A stretch of DNA of 64,000 bases, from positions 288,001-352,000 of the forward strand of contig CAWFKQ010000007.1 of the NCBI GenBank assembly GCA_963816395.1, written 5' to 3'. The DNA is from an uncultured delta proteobacterium. Lineage in GTDB: Bacteria > Desulfobacterota > Desulfuromonadia > Desulfuromonadales > JACZKF01. The position numbers were made by a program, and so were the translations under genes. The notes beneath the pieces are model-generated. The model worked only from the letters and a program-made list of their open reading frames with translations. It was not told the origin of the DNA and made no database searches. Positions 53,942-64,000 of this stretch are shown here, piece after piece. Positions within the stretch are counted from its first letter, which is position 1. Every line of letters starts with the position of its first letter.

Positions 53942-55933
53942 TGCGCAGTGCGACCCCTGACTATGCCGATATCACCAGGCTCGACACCTTTCCCAAGCTG
54001 CTCGCCCACAACGCGGCGCACTGGCCAGAGCGGGTGGCGCTGCGCGAGAAGGAGTTCGGCATCTGGAACGAATTCACCTGGGCCGACTACCACGCCAGCG
54101 TCAAGGGGTTTGCCCTGGGGATGCACGCCCTCGGCGTCGGCCGCGGCGACTCGGTCGGCATTATCGGCGACAACCGCCCCGAGTGGGTCTACGGCGAGAT
54201 CGCCGCGCACGCCCTTGGGGCGATGATCTTCGGCATCTACCAGGATTCCCTCAATGAGGAGGTCGCTTACCTGATCAACTACGCCGGGGCGAAGATCATC
54301 ATCGCCGAGGATGAGGAGCAGGTCGACAAGGTGCTGGAGATCACGGAACAGTGCCCCTGCGTCGAGCACATCGTCTACTGTGATCCCCGCGGCATGCGCA
54401 AGTACGACGACCCGCGGCTGATGAGCCAGGAGCAGCTGGTCGCTCGCGGCGCCGAGTTCGAAGCGACACAGCCGCAGTTCTACGAGCAGCTGGCTGGCGC
54501 AGGGGAACGGCGAGGATGTCGCCATCCTCTGTCCTACCTCGGGGACGACTTCCGATCCAAAGCTCGCCATGCTCCAGGCCGGGCCGATGCTGCGGCACTG
54601 CATCGCTTATCTCGATGCCGATCCCAAGTGCCCCGGGGACAACTACGTCTCGGTCCTGCCGCTGCCGTGGATCATGGAACAGATCTACGCTGTCGCCCAG
54701 GCCCTCATTTGCCGGTCGGTGGTCAATTTCGTCGAGGAACCGGAGACGATGATGAGCGATCTGCGCGAAATCGGCCCGAACTTCGTGCTGCTGGCGCCGC
54801 GGGTCTGGGAGTCGGTCGCGGCCGACGTCAAGGCGCGGATGATGGACGCCACCCGCTTCAAGCAGGCGATGTTCCGCTACGGAATGCGGCTGGCCGAGCA
54901 GGCGGCGCGGAAGAAGCCGGGCGGCAAGTCGAAGCTCGCCTACTGGCTGCTGTTCCGCGCCCTCAAAGACCGCCTCGGCTTCACCAATCTGACTTCGGCA
55001 GCAACCGGCGGGGCGGCCCTCGGGCCGGACACCTTCAAGTTCTTCCTCGCCATGGGGGTGCCGCTGCGCCAGCTTTACGGCCAGACCGAACTGGCCGGCG
55101 CCTATACCATCCACGCGGCCGACGATGTTGATTTCGACTCGGTCGGCATTCCCTTTAAAACGTCAGAGGTGCGCATCGACAACCCCGATGAGAACGGCGT
55201 CGGCGAAATCGTGGCCCGCACCCCGGGCATGTTCCTCGGCTACTACAAGAACGCAGCGGCGGCGGCCGCAACCCTGGAGGACGGCTGGATGCGCACCGGC
55301 GACGCGGGCTACTTCAAAAAGGAGAACGGCCACCTGGTGGTTATTGACCGGATCTCCGATATCGCCACGACCTCCACCGGTGCCCGCTTCTCGCCGCAGT
55401 TCATCGAGAACAAGCTGAAGTTCTCGCCATTCATCGCCGAGGCGGTGATCCAGGGACACGATCATCCCTATCTGGCCGCCATCCTCTGCATCCGTTTCGA
55501 GATCGTCGCCAAATGGGCCGAGCAGCGCGGCATCGCTTTCACCAACTACATCAACCTCTCGGCGCTGCCGGAGGTCTACGCGATGATCCGGAAAGAGGTC
55601 GTGACGGTCAACGCAACCCTCCCCGAAGCGCACCGGATCCGCAAGTTCCTGCTCCTCTACAAACAACTCGATGCCGACGACGGTGAGCTGACCCGCACCC
55701 GCAAGGTGCGCCGCGGGGTGATCCGCGATAAGTACGCCGATATCATCGACGCCATCTACAGCGACCTGGAGACGGTGCATATCGATACCGTCATCACCTT
55801 CCAGGACGGTGCCAAATCGCGGGTGCAGACCGAGGTACGGGTTGTCGACCTCGGGCCTCCGGCGCCGCCCGCTCCCGAACAGCCGAAGTGGCGATCTGAA
55901 CAGCCCGTAACCATGGCAAGGAGAATCGGATGA
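53941..55933 (+). CDS. Long-chain acyl-CoA synthetase-like AMP-binding protein (frameshift ~54495)
   Basis: TSGTTS.PK, YGQTE, MRTGDAG, ELTRTRKVRR. Confidence 0.9.
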
Positions 55934-56823
55934 AGTTCGACCTGCTGCTGCAACTGATGGTCAACGGCATCATCATCGGCACCCTCTACGGCGTGGTGGC
56001 GATGTGTTTCGTGTTGATCTACAAGTCGACCCGGGTGGTCAACTTCGCCCAAGGGGAATTCCTGCTGATCGGCGCATGGACCTGCTGGGCGCTGCTGGTC
56101 AAGTTCGAACTCCCCTTCTATATCGGTTTCCCGATCACCCTGGTCTTTATGCTTGTCTTCGGCGTGTTGCTGCAGATCGTGGTGCTCCGGCCGATGATCG
56201 GCGAGCCGATCATTTCGGTGATCATGGTCACCATCGGCCTGTCGATGTTCTTCCAGTCATTGATGAGCATGATGTTCGGCGGTTTCGCCCGCCCCTTCCC
56301 GCAGGTCTTCGAGACCGTCAGCGTCAACATCCTCGGCTTGCAGATTCAGAGTGCCTATATCATGAGCCTGATCATCTCGGTGGTGATCATGATCGGCTTC
56401 TACTACTTCTTCAAGTATTCCAAGACCGGCCTGGCGATGCGCGCCACAGCCTTCGACCAGCAGGTAGCGCAAAGCCTGGGGATTTCGGTCAAGCACGTCT
56501 TCGCCGCCGCCTGGGCGATTTCGGCGATGGTCTCGGCGCTGGCCGGGGTCGTGGTGGGGATGGTCAACGGCGTCTCCTCGGCCCTCTCCTTCTTTGGCAT
56601 CAAAGTCTTCCCGGCGGTCATCCTCGGCGGCCTCGACTCGATTATCGGCGCGATCGTCGGCGGCCTGGTGGTCGGCGTACTGGAGAACCTCGCCGAATTC
56701 TTCGACAGCCAGTGGCTGCACATCGGTAACATGTACACCATTGCCCCCTTCTACGCGCTGGTGATCATCCTGATGATCAAGCCCTACGGTTTCTTCGGCA
56801 CCAAGGCCATCGAGAGGATCTGA
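55930..56823 (+). CDS. LivH-like ABC permease
   Basis: VVNFAQGEF, GLAMRATA, ILGGLDS. Confidence 0.93.
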   Translation: MKFDLLLQLMVNGIIIGTLYGVVAMCFVLIYKSTRVVNFAQGEFLLIGAWTCWALLVKFELPFYIGFPITLVFMLVFGVLLQIVVLRPMIGEPIISVIMVTIGLSMFFQSLMSMMFGGFARPFPQVFETVSVNILGLQIQSAYIMSLIISVVIMIGFYYFFKYSKTGLAMRATAFDQQVAQSLGISVKHVFAAAWAISAMVSALAGVVVGMVNGVSSALSFFGIKVFPAVILGGLDSIIGAIVGGLVVGVLENLAEFFDSQWLHIGNMYTIAPFYALVIILMIKPYGFFGTKAIERI

Positions 56824-56826
56824 TCC

Positions 56827-57891
56827 ATGGCAACCGGACACGCAATGATGCGCTGCGGTCAGTTCCGCACCACCTACCAGGCCGACACCACCATCTTTCC
56901 GACACCCATGTCACGCAACTTCGCCATCGGTTCGGTGTTGCTGCTGCTGGTGTCACCGGCCGTGCTCAACACCTATTTTCTCAATCTGCTGATCCAGATC
57001 GGTTACTACGGCATCGCCGCGCTGGGGCTGAACATCGTGGTCGGCTTCACCGGGCAGATTTCCCTGGGCCATGCCGCCTTTTTCGGTTTCGGCGCCTTCG
57101 CCTCAGCCTGGTTCAATACCCGCTTCGGCATCCCGGTATTTTTCTGCATCCCGCTTGCCGGAGTGCTGACCCTGTTGGTCGGGCTGATCGTCGGCATCCC
57201 GGCCGGGCGCATCAAAGGACTTTACCTGGCGATCGCCACCCTCGCCTCACAGTATATCCTCGAGGATTTCTTCGCCCGCGCCGACTGGTTCACCGGCGGC
57301 TCCTACGGGGCCATGGCGGCACCCTTTGCCCTGTTCGGCTACAGCCTCAACACCGATCGCAGCTACTTCTACGTGGTGCTCTTCTACGTGGTCGTCATGT
57401 ACCTGCTCGGCACCAATCTGCTGCGCAGCCGCGACGGGCGCGCCTTTGTGGCAGTGCGCGATCACTACCTGTCGGCCGAGATCATGGGAATCAACCTGAC
57501 GAAATACCGCATCCTCTCCTTCGGCATTTCCTCCTTCTATGCCGGTGTCGGCGGCGCCCTGTTCGGCCATTATCTCGGTTTCGTCTCCGCCGAGGGTTTC
57601 ACCATCCTGCTTTCGATCCAGTTTCTCGCCATGGTCATCATCGGCGGGCTCGGCTCGGTGATGGGTTCGCTGATGGGGACCGCCTTCATGGTCCTGCTGC
57701 CGGAGGTCATGGAAGGGGGCGTGCACCTGATCGGCAACGGATCGCCGGGACTGACCCAGGCGCTCGCCTACATCAAGGAGATGGCGATCGGTTTGGCAAT
57801 CATCCTGTTTCTGATCTTCGAACCGGACGGGCTGGCTCATCGCTGGCGGATGATCAAGGCCTATTGGAAGCTTTACCCCTTCTCCTATTGA
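56827..57891 (+). CDS. LivM-like ABC permease
   Basis: GQISLGHAAF, YLAIATL, GRAFVAVRD, IIGGLGS. Confidence 0.93.
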   Translation: MATGHAMMRCGQFRTTYQADTTIFPTPMSRNFAIGSVLLLLVSPAVLNTYFLNLLIQIGYYGIAALGLNIVVGFTGQISLGHAAFFGFGAFASAWFNTRFGIPVFFCIPLAGVLTLLVGLIVGIPAGRIKGLYLAIATLASQYILEDFFARADWFTGGSYGAMAAPFALFGYSLNTDRSYFYVVLFYVVVMYLLGTNLLRSRDGRAFVAVRDHYLSAEIMGINLTKYRILSFGISSFYAGVGGALFGHYLGFVSAEGFTILLSIQFLAMVIIGGLGSVMGSLMGTAFMVLLPEVMEGGVHLIGNGSPGLTQALAYIKEMAIGLAIILFLIFEPDGLAHRWRMIKAYWKLYPFSY

Positions 57892-57998
57892 AAGACGATT
57901 ATCCTGGCTCTGGACGGCCGCGAGCTGCTTCAGCTCAGCCAGCGGGAATGATCCCGGCGGTGAAGATCAGCTTAACCACGTAAAGAAGGAGGAAGATC

Positions 57999-59244
57999 AT
58001 GCGTAAGGGTCTGATTTTCAGCACCATCCTGGCGGTTGGCCTGGGGCTGGCCGGCGTCGCCGCAGCCACCGATACCATCCCGGTCGGACATCTGGCCTGT
58101 TATACCGGCCCGACCTCCGACGTCGGCATCCCCTACGGCAACGGGGTCGCCGACACCCTGAATTACATCAACAAGCACGGCGGCATCAATGGCAAGCAGA
58201 TCGAGTTTGAAACCGTCGACTATTCCTACAAGGCACCGCAGGCGGTGGCGACCTACAAGAAGTGGTTGTCGGGTCTGAAGCCGGTCGCTATCCAGGGTTG
58301 GGGGACCGCGGATACCGAGGCGCTGGTGCAGTTCATTGCTCAGGATGAAATCCCCTACTATCTCCGCCTCCTACTCGGGGCACCTGACCGACCCCACCGG
58401 CAAGTCGCCGCGCACCAAATCGCCGGCGCCTTACAACTACTTCTACGGTCCCTCCTATTCCGACGCCTGCCGCGGCCTGGTGCAGTGGGGGATGGATGAC
58501 TGGAAGGCAAAAGGGAAGAGCGGCAAGCCAAAATTCGTCCACATGGGGGACAACCACCCCTATCCGAACGCCCCGAAGGAAGCCTGCGGCGAATATGCCA
58601 AGGAACTCGGCTTTGAGGTGCTCAACCCCATCGTCTATTCCCTCAAGCCGGCCGACGCCAAGGCACAATGCCTGTCCCTCAAGGAATCGGGCGCCAACTA
58701 CGCCTATCTCGGCAATACCTCCGGCTCCAACATCTCGCTGCTCAAGTCCTGCTCGATGGTGGGCGTGCAGACTCAATTCCTCTCCAACATCTGGGGTTGG
58801 GACGAGAACTCGATCAAGGCTTCCGAAGGGGCCGGCGACGGCCTCGCCTGGGTCGTCGGGGCGCCTTCCTGGGGAACCGACGTACCGGGGATGAAGACCC
58901 TGCAGGAAGTTTCCAAGATGTCCGATCCGAGCGGCCAACTCTACCGTCCACTGCATTACATGCGCGGCGCCTGCGCCGCCTTCTTCATGCGCGATGCGAT
59001 GCTCGCCGCCGACAAGATGGGTAAAGTGACCGGGCCGAACATCAAGAAGGCGATGGACCAGATGAAGGACCATGTGCCGGCCGGGCTGGAAGGCGTCTGC
59101 ACACCATCGACCTGGACCGCCGAGGACCATCGCGGCACCACCGAGGTGGGGATTTTCACCAGCCAGTTCAACGGCGGCAACTTCACCATGACCCGGCTCT
59201 CGACCGTGGAAGTCCCGCGCCGCGCCGACTGGCTCGGCTGGTAA
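57999..59244 (+). CDS. LivJ-family periplasmic binding protein (frameshift ~58360)
   Basis: Signal peptide, TGPTSDVG, INKHGGINGK. Confidence 0.9.
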
Positions 59245-59317
59245 ATGAGCAGAAGCGGGGGATGCGGGATGCGGCCGAGATCCTGCGTCCCCCGTCTGAC
59301 CTTCAAGGAGTTCGTTT

Positions 59318-60139
59318 ATGGCTGAGCCGGCGCAGCAGACGACGGTCAAGGAATCGATCCTCAGCGTCAACAACATCGAAGTCGTCTATGACGAGGTGAT
59401 CCTGGTGCTGCGCGGCATCAGCCTGGAGGTTCCCCAAGGAGAAATCGTCACCCTGCTCGGTCCCAACGGGGCGGGCAAATCGACGACCCTCAAAGCCATC
59501 TCCGGCCTGCTCAAAACCGAGGACGGCAAGGTCACCCGCGGCAACATCACCTTCATGGGGGAGAACATCACCAACCGCGCCCCGGACGAGATCGTACGCA
59601 AGGGGATTTTCCAGGTTATGGAAGGGCGGCGCATCGTCGAGGACATGACGGTGATCGAGAATCTGCGCCTGGGGGCCTACACGCGCAAAGACAACCGGGT
59701 GCGCCAGGATATCGAAATGGTATTCAACTACTTTCCCCGCCTTAAGGAACGCACCGGCCTCGCCGGTTATCTCTCCGGCGGCGAGCAGCAGATGCTGGCG
59801 ATCGGCCGGGCGGTGATGGCCCGACCGAAGATGATCCTGCTTGACGAACCGTCCATGGGGCTCTCGCCCCTGCTGGTCAGGGAGGTCTTCGAGATCATCC
59901 GCTCGATCAACCGCGAGCAGGGGATTACCATGCTCCTGGTTGAGCAGAATGCCAACATGGCCCTGCACAGCGCCAGTTACGGGTACGTCATGGAGTCGGG
60001 GAAGATCGTCCTCGACGGCACCCGCGAGGAGCTGTTGAGCAATGAGGACATGAAGGAGTTTTACCTCGCCGGCGGCGACAAAGAGCGCCGCTCATTCAAG
60101 AACATCAAATCGTATAAGCGCCGCAAGCGCTGGATGTAG
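59318..60139 (+). CDS. LivF-like ABC ATP-binding protein
   Basis: GPNGAGKST, LSGGEQQMLAIGRA, LLDEPSMGL. Confidence 0.93.
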   Translation: MAEPAQQTTVKESILSVNNIEVVYDEVILVLRGISLEVPQGEIVTLLGPNGAGKSTTLKAISGLLKTEDGKVTRGNITFMGENITNRAPDEIVRKGIFQVMEGRRIVEDMTVIENLRLGAYTRKDNRVRQDIEMVFNYFPRLKERTGLAGYLSGGEQQMLAIGRAVMARPKMILLDEPSMGLSPLLVREVFEIIRSINREQGITMLLVEQNANMALHSASYGYVMESGKIVLDGTREELLSNEDMKEFYLAGGDKERRSFKNIKSYKRRKRWM

Positions 60140-60242
60140 GTGTTCGGCGGCCGGCCTTAGCGGCCCAATTCGACGTAGCTCCGCTACGCCTGCAGCCTCA
60201 GTCCTGCGCAAGCCTTGCATCTGGACCCTTATCGACCGCCTC
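60139..60242. repeat. Short structured intergenic element (CGTAGC-tcc-GCTACG core; possible MITE)
   Basis: Internal hairpin and loosely complementary ends; single copy in window. Confidence 0.4.
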
Positions 60243-60358
60243 GGGACAGGTTGGTTCGGACCGTCCTCAAAGCTATTTGAAAAAGTCTTTGTTGTTTGAT
60301 TCTCTGTTCGTCCGTGCCTGGCCAACAGATTGATTTTGACTGAAATCTCGGAGCAGCC

Positions 60359-61603
60359 ATGAGCGAATTCTTCGACACCCTCGAAACCCGCCTGCCGGAG
60401 CAGCGCGAGGCCGAGCTGTTCGCGCAGCTGGCCGCGCAGGTCGCCCACGCCCGGCAGCAGGCCCCGGCCTTCGCCGAGCTCCTCGCCGGTGTCGATCCGG
60501 CCTGGGTGAACAGCCGCGAGGCCCTGACGAGGCTGCCGCTGCTGCGCAAATCGGAACTGATCGAGCGTCAAGGGCAACAGCCGATCTTCGGCGGCCTGAC
60601 CGGACTTCAGGCACCAGCGCTGACCCAGGTGTTCGCCTCGCCCGGACCGATCTTTGAACCGGGCTCGCGGCGTCCCGATTTCTGGCGCTTCGCCCGGGCC
60701 TTGCACGCCGCCGGTTTCCGGCGCGGAGAGATCATCCACAACTGTTTCTCCTATCACTTCACCCCGGCCGGGATGATGGTCGAATCAGGCGCCCAGGCAC
60801 TCGGTTGCGCGGTGGTGCCGGCCGGGGTCGGGCAAACCGAAATGCAGGTTCAGGTGATGAGCCATGTCCGCCCCCAGGGGTACGTCGGCACCCCGTCGTT
60901 TCTCAAGCTGATCCTCGACAAGGCCGAGGAACTCGGCACAGACCTTGCCAGTCTGAGCAAGGCGCTGGTCTCCGGCGAGTACCTGTCGCCGAGCCTCCGC
61001 CAGGCTATGGCCGGGCGCGGCATCGCGGTGTTGCAGTGCTACGCCACTGCCGATCTCGGGCTGATCGCCTACGAGTCGGAGGCCAGGGAAGGGATGATCG
61101 TCGACGAGGGGATCATCCTCGAGATCGTTCGTCCTGGCACCGGCGATCCGGTGCCGGACGGCGAGGTCGGCGAGGTGGTGGTGACCAGCCTCAATCCCGA
61201 CTACCCGCTGATCCGTTTCGCTACCGGTGATCTTTCCGCGATCCTGCCGGGGGAAAGCCCCTGCGGCCGCACCAACAGACGGATCAGGGGGTGGCTGGGA
61301 CGCGCCGACCAGACCACCAAGGTACGCGGCATGTTCGTCCACCCGGGCCAGATCGACGCGGTGCTCAAGCGCCACCCGGAGCTCGGCCGCGGGCGGCTGG
61401 TGGTGGCGCGCGCCGATGACCGGGATTCCATGACCCTGCACGCCGAGCTGCAGCTGAACGGCGCCGCCCGTGACGGGCTGGCCGCGGCGGTGGTCGAGAG
61501 TATCCGCGAACTCTGCAAATTGCGCGCAGAGGTAGAACTGGCCGCGCCGGGCAGCCTGCCGAATGACGGTAAGGTCATCGACGATACCCGGCCGATCGAT
61601 TAA
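60359..61603 (+). CDS. Phenylacetate-CoA ligase family (PaaK-like) protein
   Basis: FSYHFTPAG, GTPSFL, YATADLG, IRFATGD, KVRGMFVHP. Confidence 0.9.
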   Translation: MSEFFDTLETRLPEQREAELFAQLAAQVAHARQQAPAFAELLAGVDPAWVNSREALTRLPLLRKSELIERQGQQPIFGGLTGLQAPALTQVFASPGPIFEPGSRRPDFWRFARALHAAGFRRGEIIHNCFSYHFTPAGMMVESGAQALGCAVVPAGVGQTEMQVQVMSHVRPQGYVGTPSFLKLILDKAEELGTDLASLSKALVSGEYLSPSLRQAMAGRGIAVLQCYATADLGLIAYESEAREGMIVDEGIILEIVRPGTGDPVPDGEVGEVVVTSLNPDYPLIRFATGDLSAILPGESPCGRTNRRIRGWLGRADQTTKVRGMFVHPGQIDAVLKRHPELGRGRLVVARADDRDSMTLHAELQLNGAARDGLAAAVVESIRELCKLRAEVELAAPGSLPNDGKVIDDTRPID

Positions 61604-61631
61604 GACGTATCCATCTATCCCAGGGGGAATC

Positions 61632-62213
61632 ATGAGTGAACAGAGTGCCGGCAAAACCGCTCCGGCAGCGCTCGACGAGGGGATCCGGCTGCTAAAGGGC
61701 CTGAGCAAGGACGAACTGGTGAAGATCATTGTCGATGATGCCAAAAACTGGCTGGCGCACGATGGTCTCTGGTTTCAGGCGATCGAGAAGACCCACGGCA
61801 TGGATGTCGCCATTGCGGCCGACCGTGCCGCCTGGGAGAGGTTCACCGTCATCGAGGCGAAGCGGATCATGGAGCGCCTTGGCATCACTCCGGGGGGCGG
61901 CATCCCGGCTCTGATCGAATGCCTCAAACACCGCTTTTACGCCCGCCTCAACCTTCAGGAGTGCATCGAGGTGAGCGAGACCCGCGCGGTCTTCCGCATG
62001 GTCGACTGCCGGGTGCAGTCGGCGCGCAAGCGCAAGGGGCTGTCGGATTTCCCCTGCAAGAGCGTCGGCGTAGTCGAGTATGCCGAGTTCGCCCGCACCA
62101 TCGATCCGCGCATCGAGACCCGCTGCATCGCCTGTCCGCCAGACGCTCATCCCGAGGAGTACTGGTGCGCCTGGGAATTCACCCTTGCAGGCCTGGCCCG
62201 TGATGCTGGATGA
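61632..62213 (+). CDS. Cys-rich DUF6125-like protein
   Basis: WLAHDGLWF, CRVQ.AR.RKG...PC, CIACPPD.HP...C.WEF. Confidence 0.72.
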   Translation: MSEQSAGKTAPAALDEGIRLLKGLSKDELVKIIVDDAKNWLAHDGLWFQAIEKTHGMDVAIAADRAAWERFTVIEAKRIMERLGITPGGGIPALIECLKHRFYARLNLQECIEVSETRAVFRMVDCRVQSARKRKGLSDFPCKSVGVVEYAEFARTIDPRIETRCIACPPDAHPEEYWCAWEFTLAGLARDAG

Positions 62214-63380
62214 TGCCCTGCAAGGGGTGCGGGTCCTTGACCTGAGTCAGTACCTGCCGGGGCCGTTCGCCACTCAGATCCTCGCCGATCTCGGTGCCGC
62301 GGTGCTCAAGGTCGAACCGCCGGCCGGCGATCCGATGCGTCGATTCCTGCTGCTCGACAAGGACGGGCTTTCTCCGTGGTACAAGCAGGTCAACGCCGGC
62401 AAACAGCTGTTGCGGCTCGATCTGAAAAACGCCGCGGGGCGCCGCATGCTGGAAGAATTGGTGGCGCTGGCCGACGTGCTGCTCGAATCCTACCGTCCCG
62501 GGGTGATGGAACGGCTCGGCTTCGGTCCGGAGCGGCTGCGGCAGCTCAATCCCCGCCTGATCCACTGCGCCCTCTCCGGTTTCGGCCAGACTGGCCCTTA
62601 CCGGCTGCGGGGCGGGCATGACATCACCTATGTCGCCCTGAGCGGCATGCTTGATCTGACCGGCACCGTTGAAACACCGGTCGTTCCCTTCCCGCCGCTC
62701 TGCGATTACGCCGGCGGCAAGCAGGCGGCAACCGCGATCCTCGCCGCGCTGCTACGCCGGGAGACGCTGCGGCAAGGGGGCCTATATCGACATCAGCCTG
62801 TTCGAGACCGCACTCTCCTGGCAATCGATCGCCCTGGCCGCTGCAGGTCGCGCGGACGGCGGTTTTGCCCGGGGCGGCGACCTGCTCACCGGCGGTGCCG
62901 CCTGCTATCAGCTCTATCGCACCGCGGATGAGCGCTTCGTGGTGCTCGGCGCCATCGAGGAGAAATTCTGGATAGCCTTCTGCCTGGCCGTGGAACGGCC
63001 GGCCTGGATCGACCGGCAGCAGGAGCCGTTGCCGCAGGTCGGGTTGATCGGCGAACTCCAGGCGTTATTCGCCAGTCAGCCATTGGGCCACTGGCAGCGG
63101 CTGCTGGGCGAGGTCGACTGTTGCTTTGAGACGGTCCTGCGGCACGCCGAGGTGGCGGAGCACTCCCAGGTCCGGCACCGGCGAATGATCGACAGTTATA
63201 CAGGGAACGAACCGACCAGCGTCCTCTTCCCGGCCTGGATCGATGGCCAGCCACCGCGATCGCGAATGGCCTGCCGGGAAGTCCAGGCTGACGCCGTTCT
63301 GGCGGAGTGGAACAATGCCGCGCAAGTCTGCCTTAACGCCCGAGAGACAACAGTTAAACCGGTCGCTGCCCGGCAGGGGA
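62203..63380 (+). CDS. CaiB/BaiF class III CoA-transferase (frameshift ~62765, end approximate)
   Basis: VLDLSQYLPGPFA...LADLGA.V.KVEPP.GD, SGFGQTGP, GHDITY. Confidence 0.9.
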
Positions 63381-63464
63381 TAGTGCACCGTCAAGAAGGT
63401 CGCTGCAGGCGTCAGAATCTTCCAGGACCAGCGTCCCGGCCCAGGCCGGGGGAAACGAGCGGGT

Positions 63465-63936
63465 ATGCAGGACCATTTCGACCGCCGAGCCGTGGAGGGG
63501 ATTTTCAGCGCGCCATTCATCGCCGTGCTCGGCATCCGCCTGCAGGATGTCGGCGCCGGCTGGTGCGAGACGGAACTGCAGGTGGCGCATCGCCACCTGC
63601 AACAGCACGGCTTTATCCACGGCGGGGTTCTCGCGACCCTGGCCGACCACACCGCCGGGGGCGCGGCGACCTCCTTGATCCGGGCAGGGCAATTGGTGCT
63701 GACCGCCGAGTTCAAGATCAACCTGCTGCGGCCGGCCGGCGGCGAGCGGTTGCACTGTCGTGCCGAGGTGCTCAAGGCGGGTCGGAGCCTGAGCATTGTT
63801 GAGGCGGATGTCTTCGACTTCCCGGATGGCAGAACAGCGCCTGGTGGCCAAGACCCTGGTGACCCTGGCGGTGGTCGCTGCGGATGCGGTGCCAGATCAG
63901 GGCTGTCAACGGCAGGAGAATCTGTCACGAAGGTGA
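63465..63936 (+). CDS. PaaI family thioesterase (3' frameshift)
   Basis: QQHGFIHGGVLATLADHTAG, EFKINLLRP, KAGRSLSIVEA. Confidence 0.88.
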
Positions 63937-63965
63937 CAGCCGACCCTACGGTTGAGGAGGTTTAC

Positions 63966-64000
63966 ATGTCTCTGCAGAACATCCTGGTTCATCTCGATCA
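63966..64000 (+). CDS. 5' end of probable universal stress protein (partial)
   Basis: GAGGAGG RBS then MSLQNILVHLD. Confidence 0.55.
   Translation, partial: MSLQNILVHLD

Overview
GC-rich chromosomal segment, probably from a Desulfuromonadales/Geobacterales-like deltaproteobacterium (GSU3473-family gene, sigma54 promoters; inference). About 25 genes are split by 1-bp indels, most likely uncorrected long-read errors, so some gene ends are approximate. Layout: (1) 1-6.3 kb toxin-antitoxin/defence patch (AAA-DUF4143 ATPase, Phd-RelE/ParE, UPF0175-PIN, MNT-HEPN, toxin-first AbiE-like pair) interleaved with collapsed remnants of the same gene families; (2) 6.5-18 kb complete Tad/Flp pilus locus, followed by a beta-barrel gene, an Ig-like lipoprotein, a NarL-type two-component system and a low-GC glycosylation module; (3) tRNA-Val(CAC), a four-helix-bundle gene and a B12 acyl-CoA mutase accessory operon; (4) stress/housekeeping genes (csbD, ppsA, otsB, murB); (5) icmF and a Liv-type ABC/acyl-CoA ligase operon, each with a sigma54 promoter, on either side of a PAS enhancer-binding protein. 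Intergenic DNA carries several families of palindromic elements, including an IS4-like MITE nested in another palindrome. No CRISPR array, integrase or transposase was seen. Family names come from motif recognition, not database searches.
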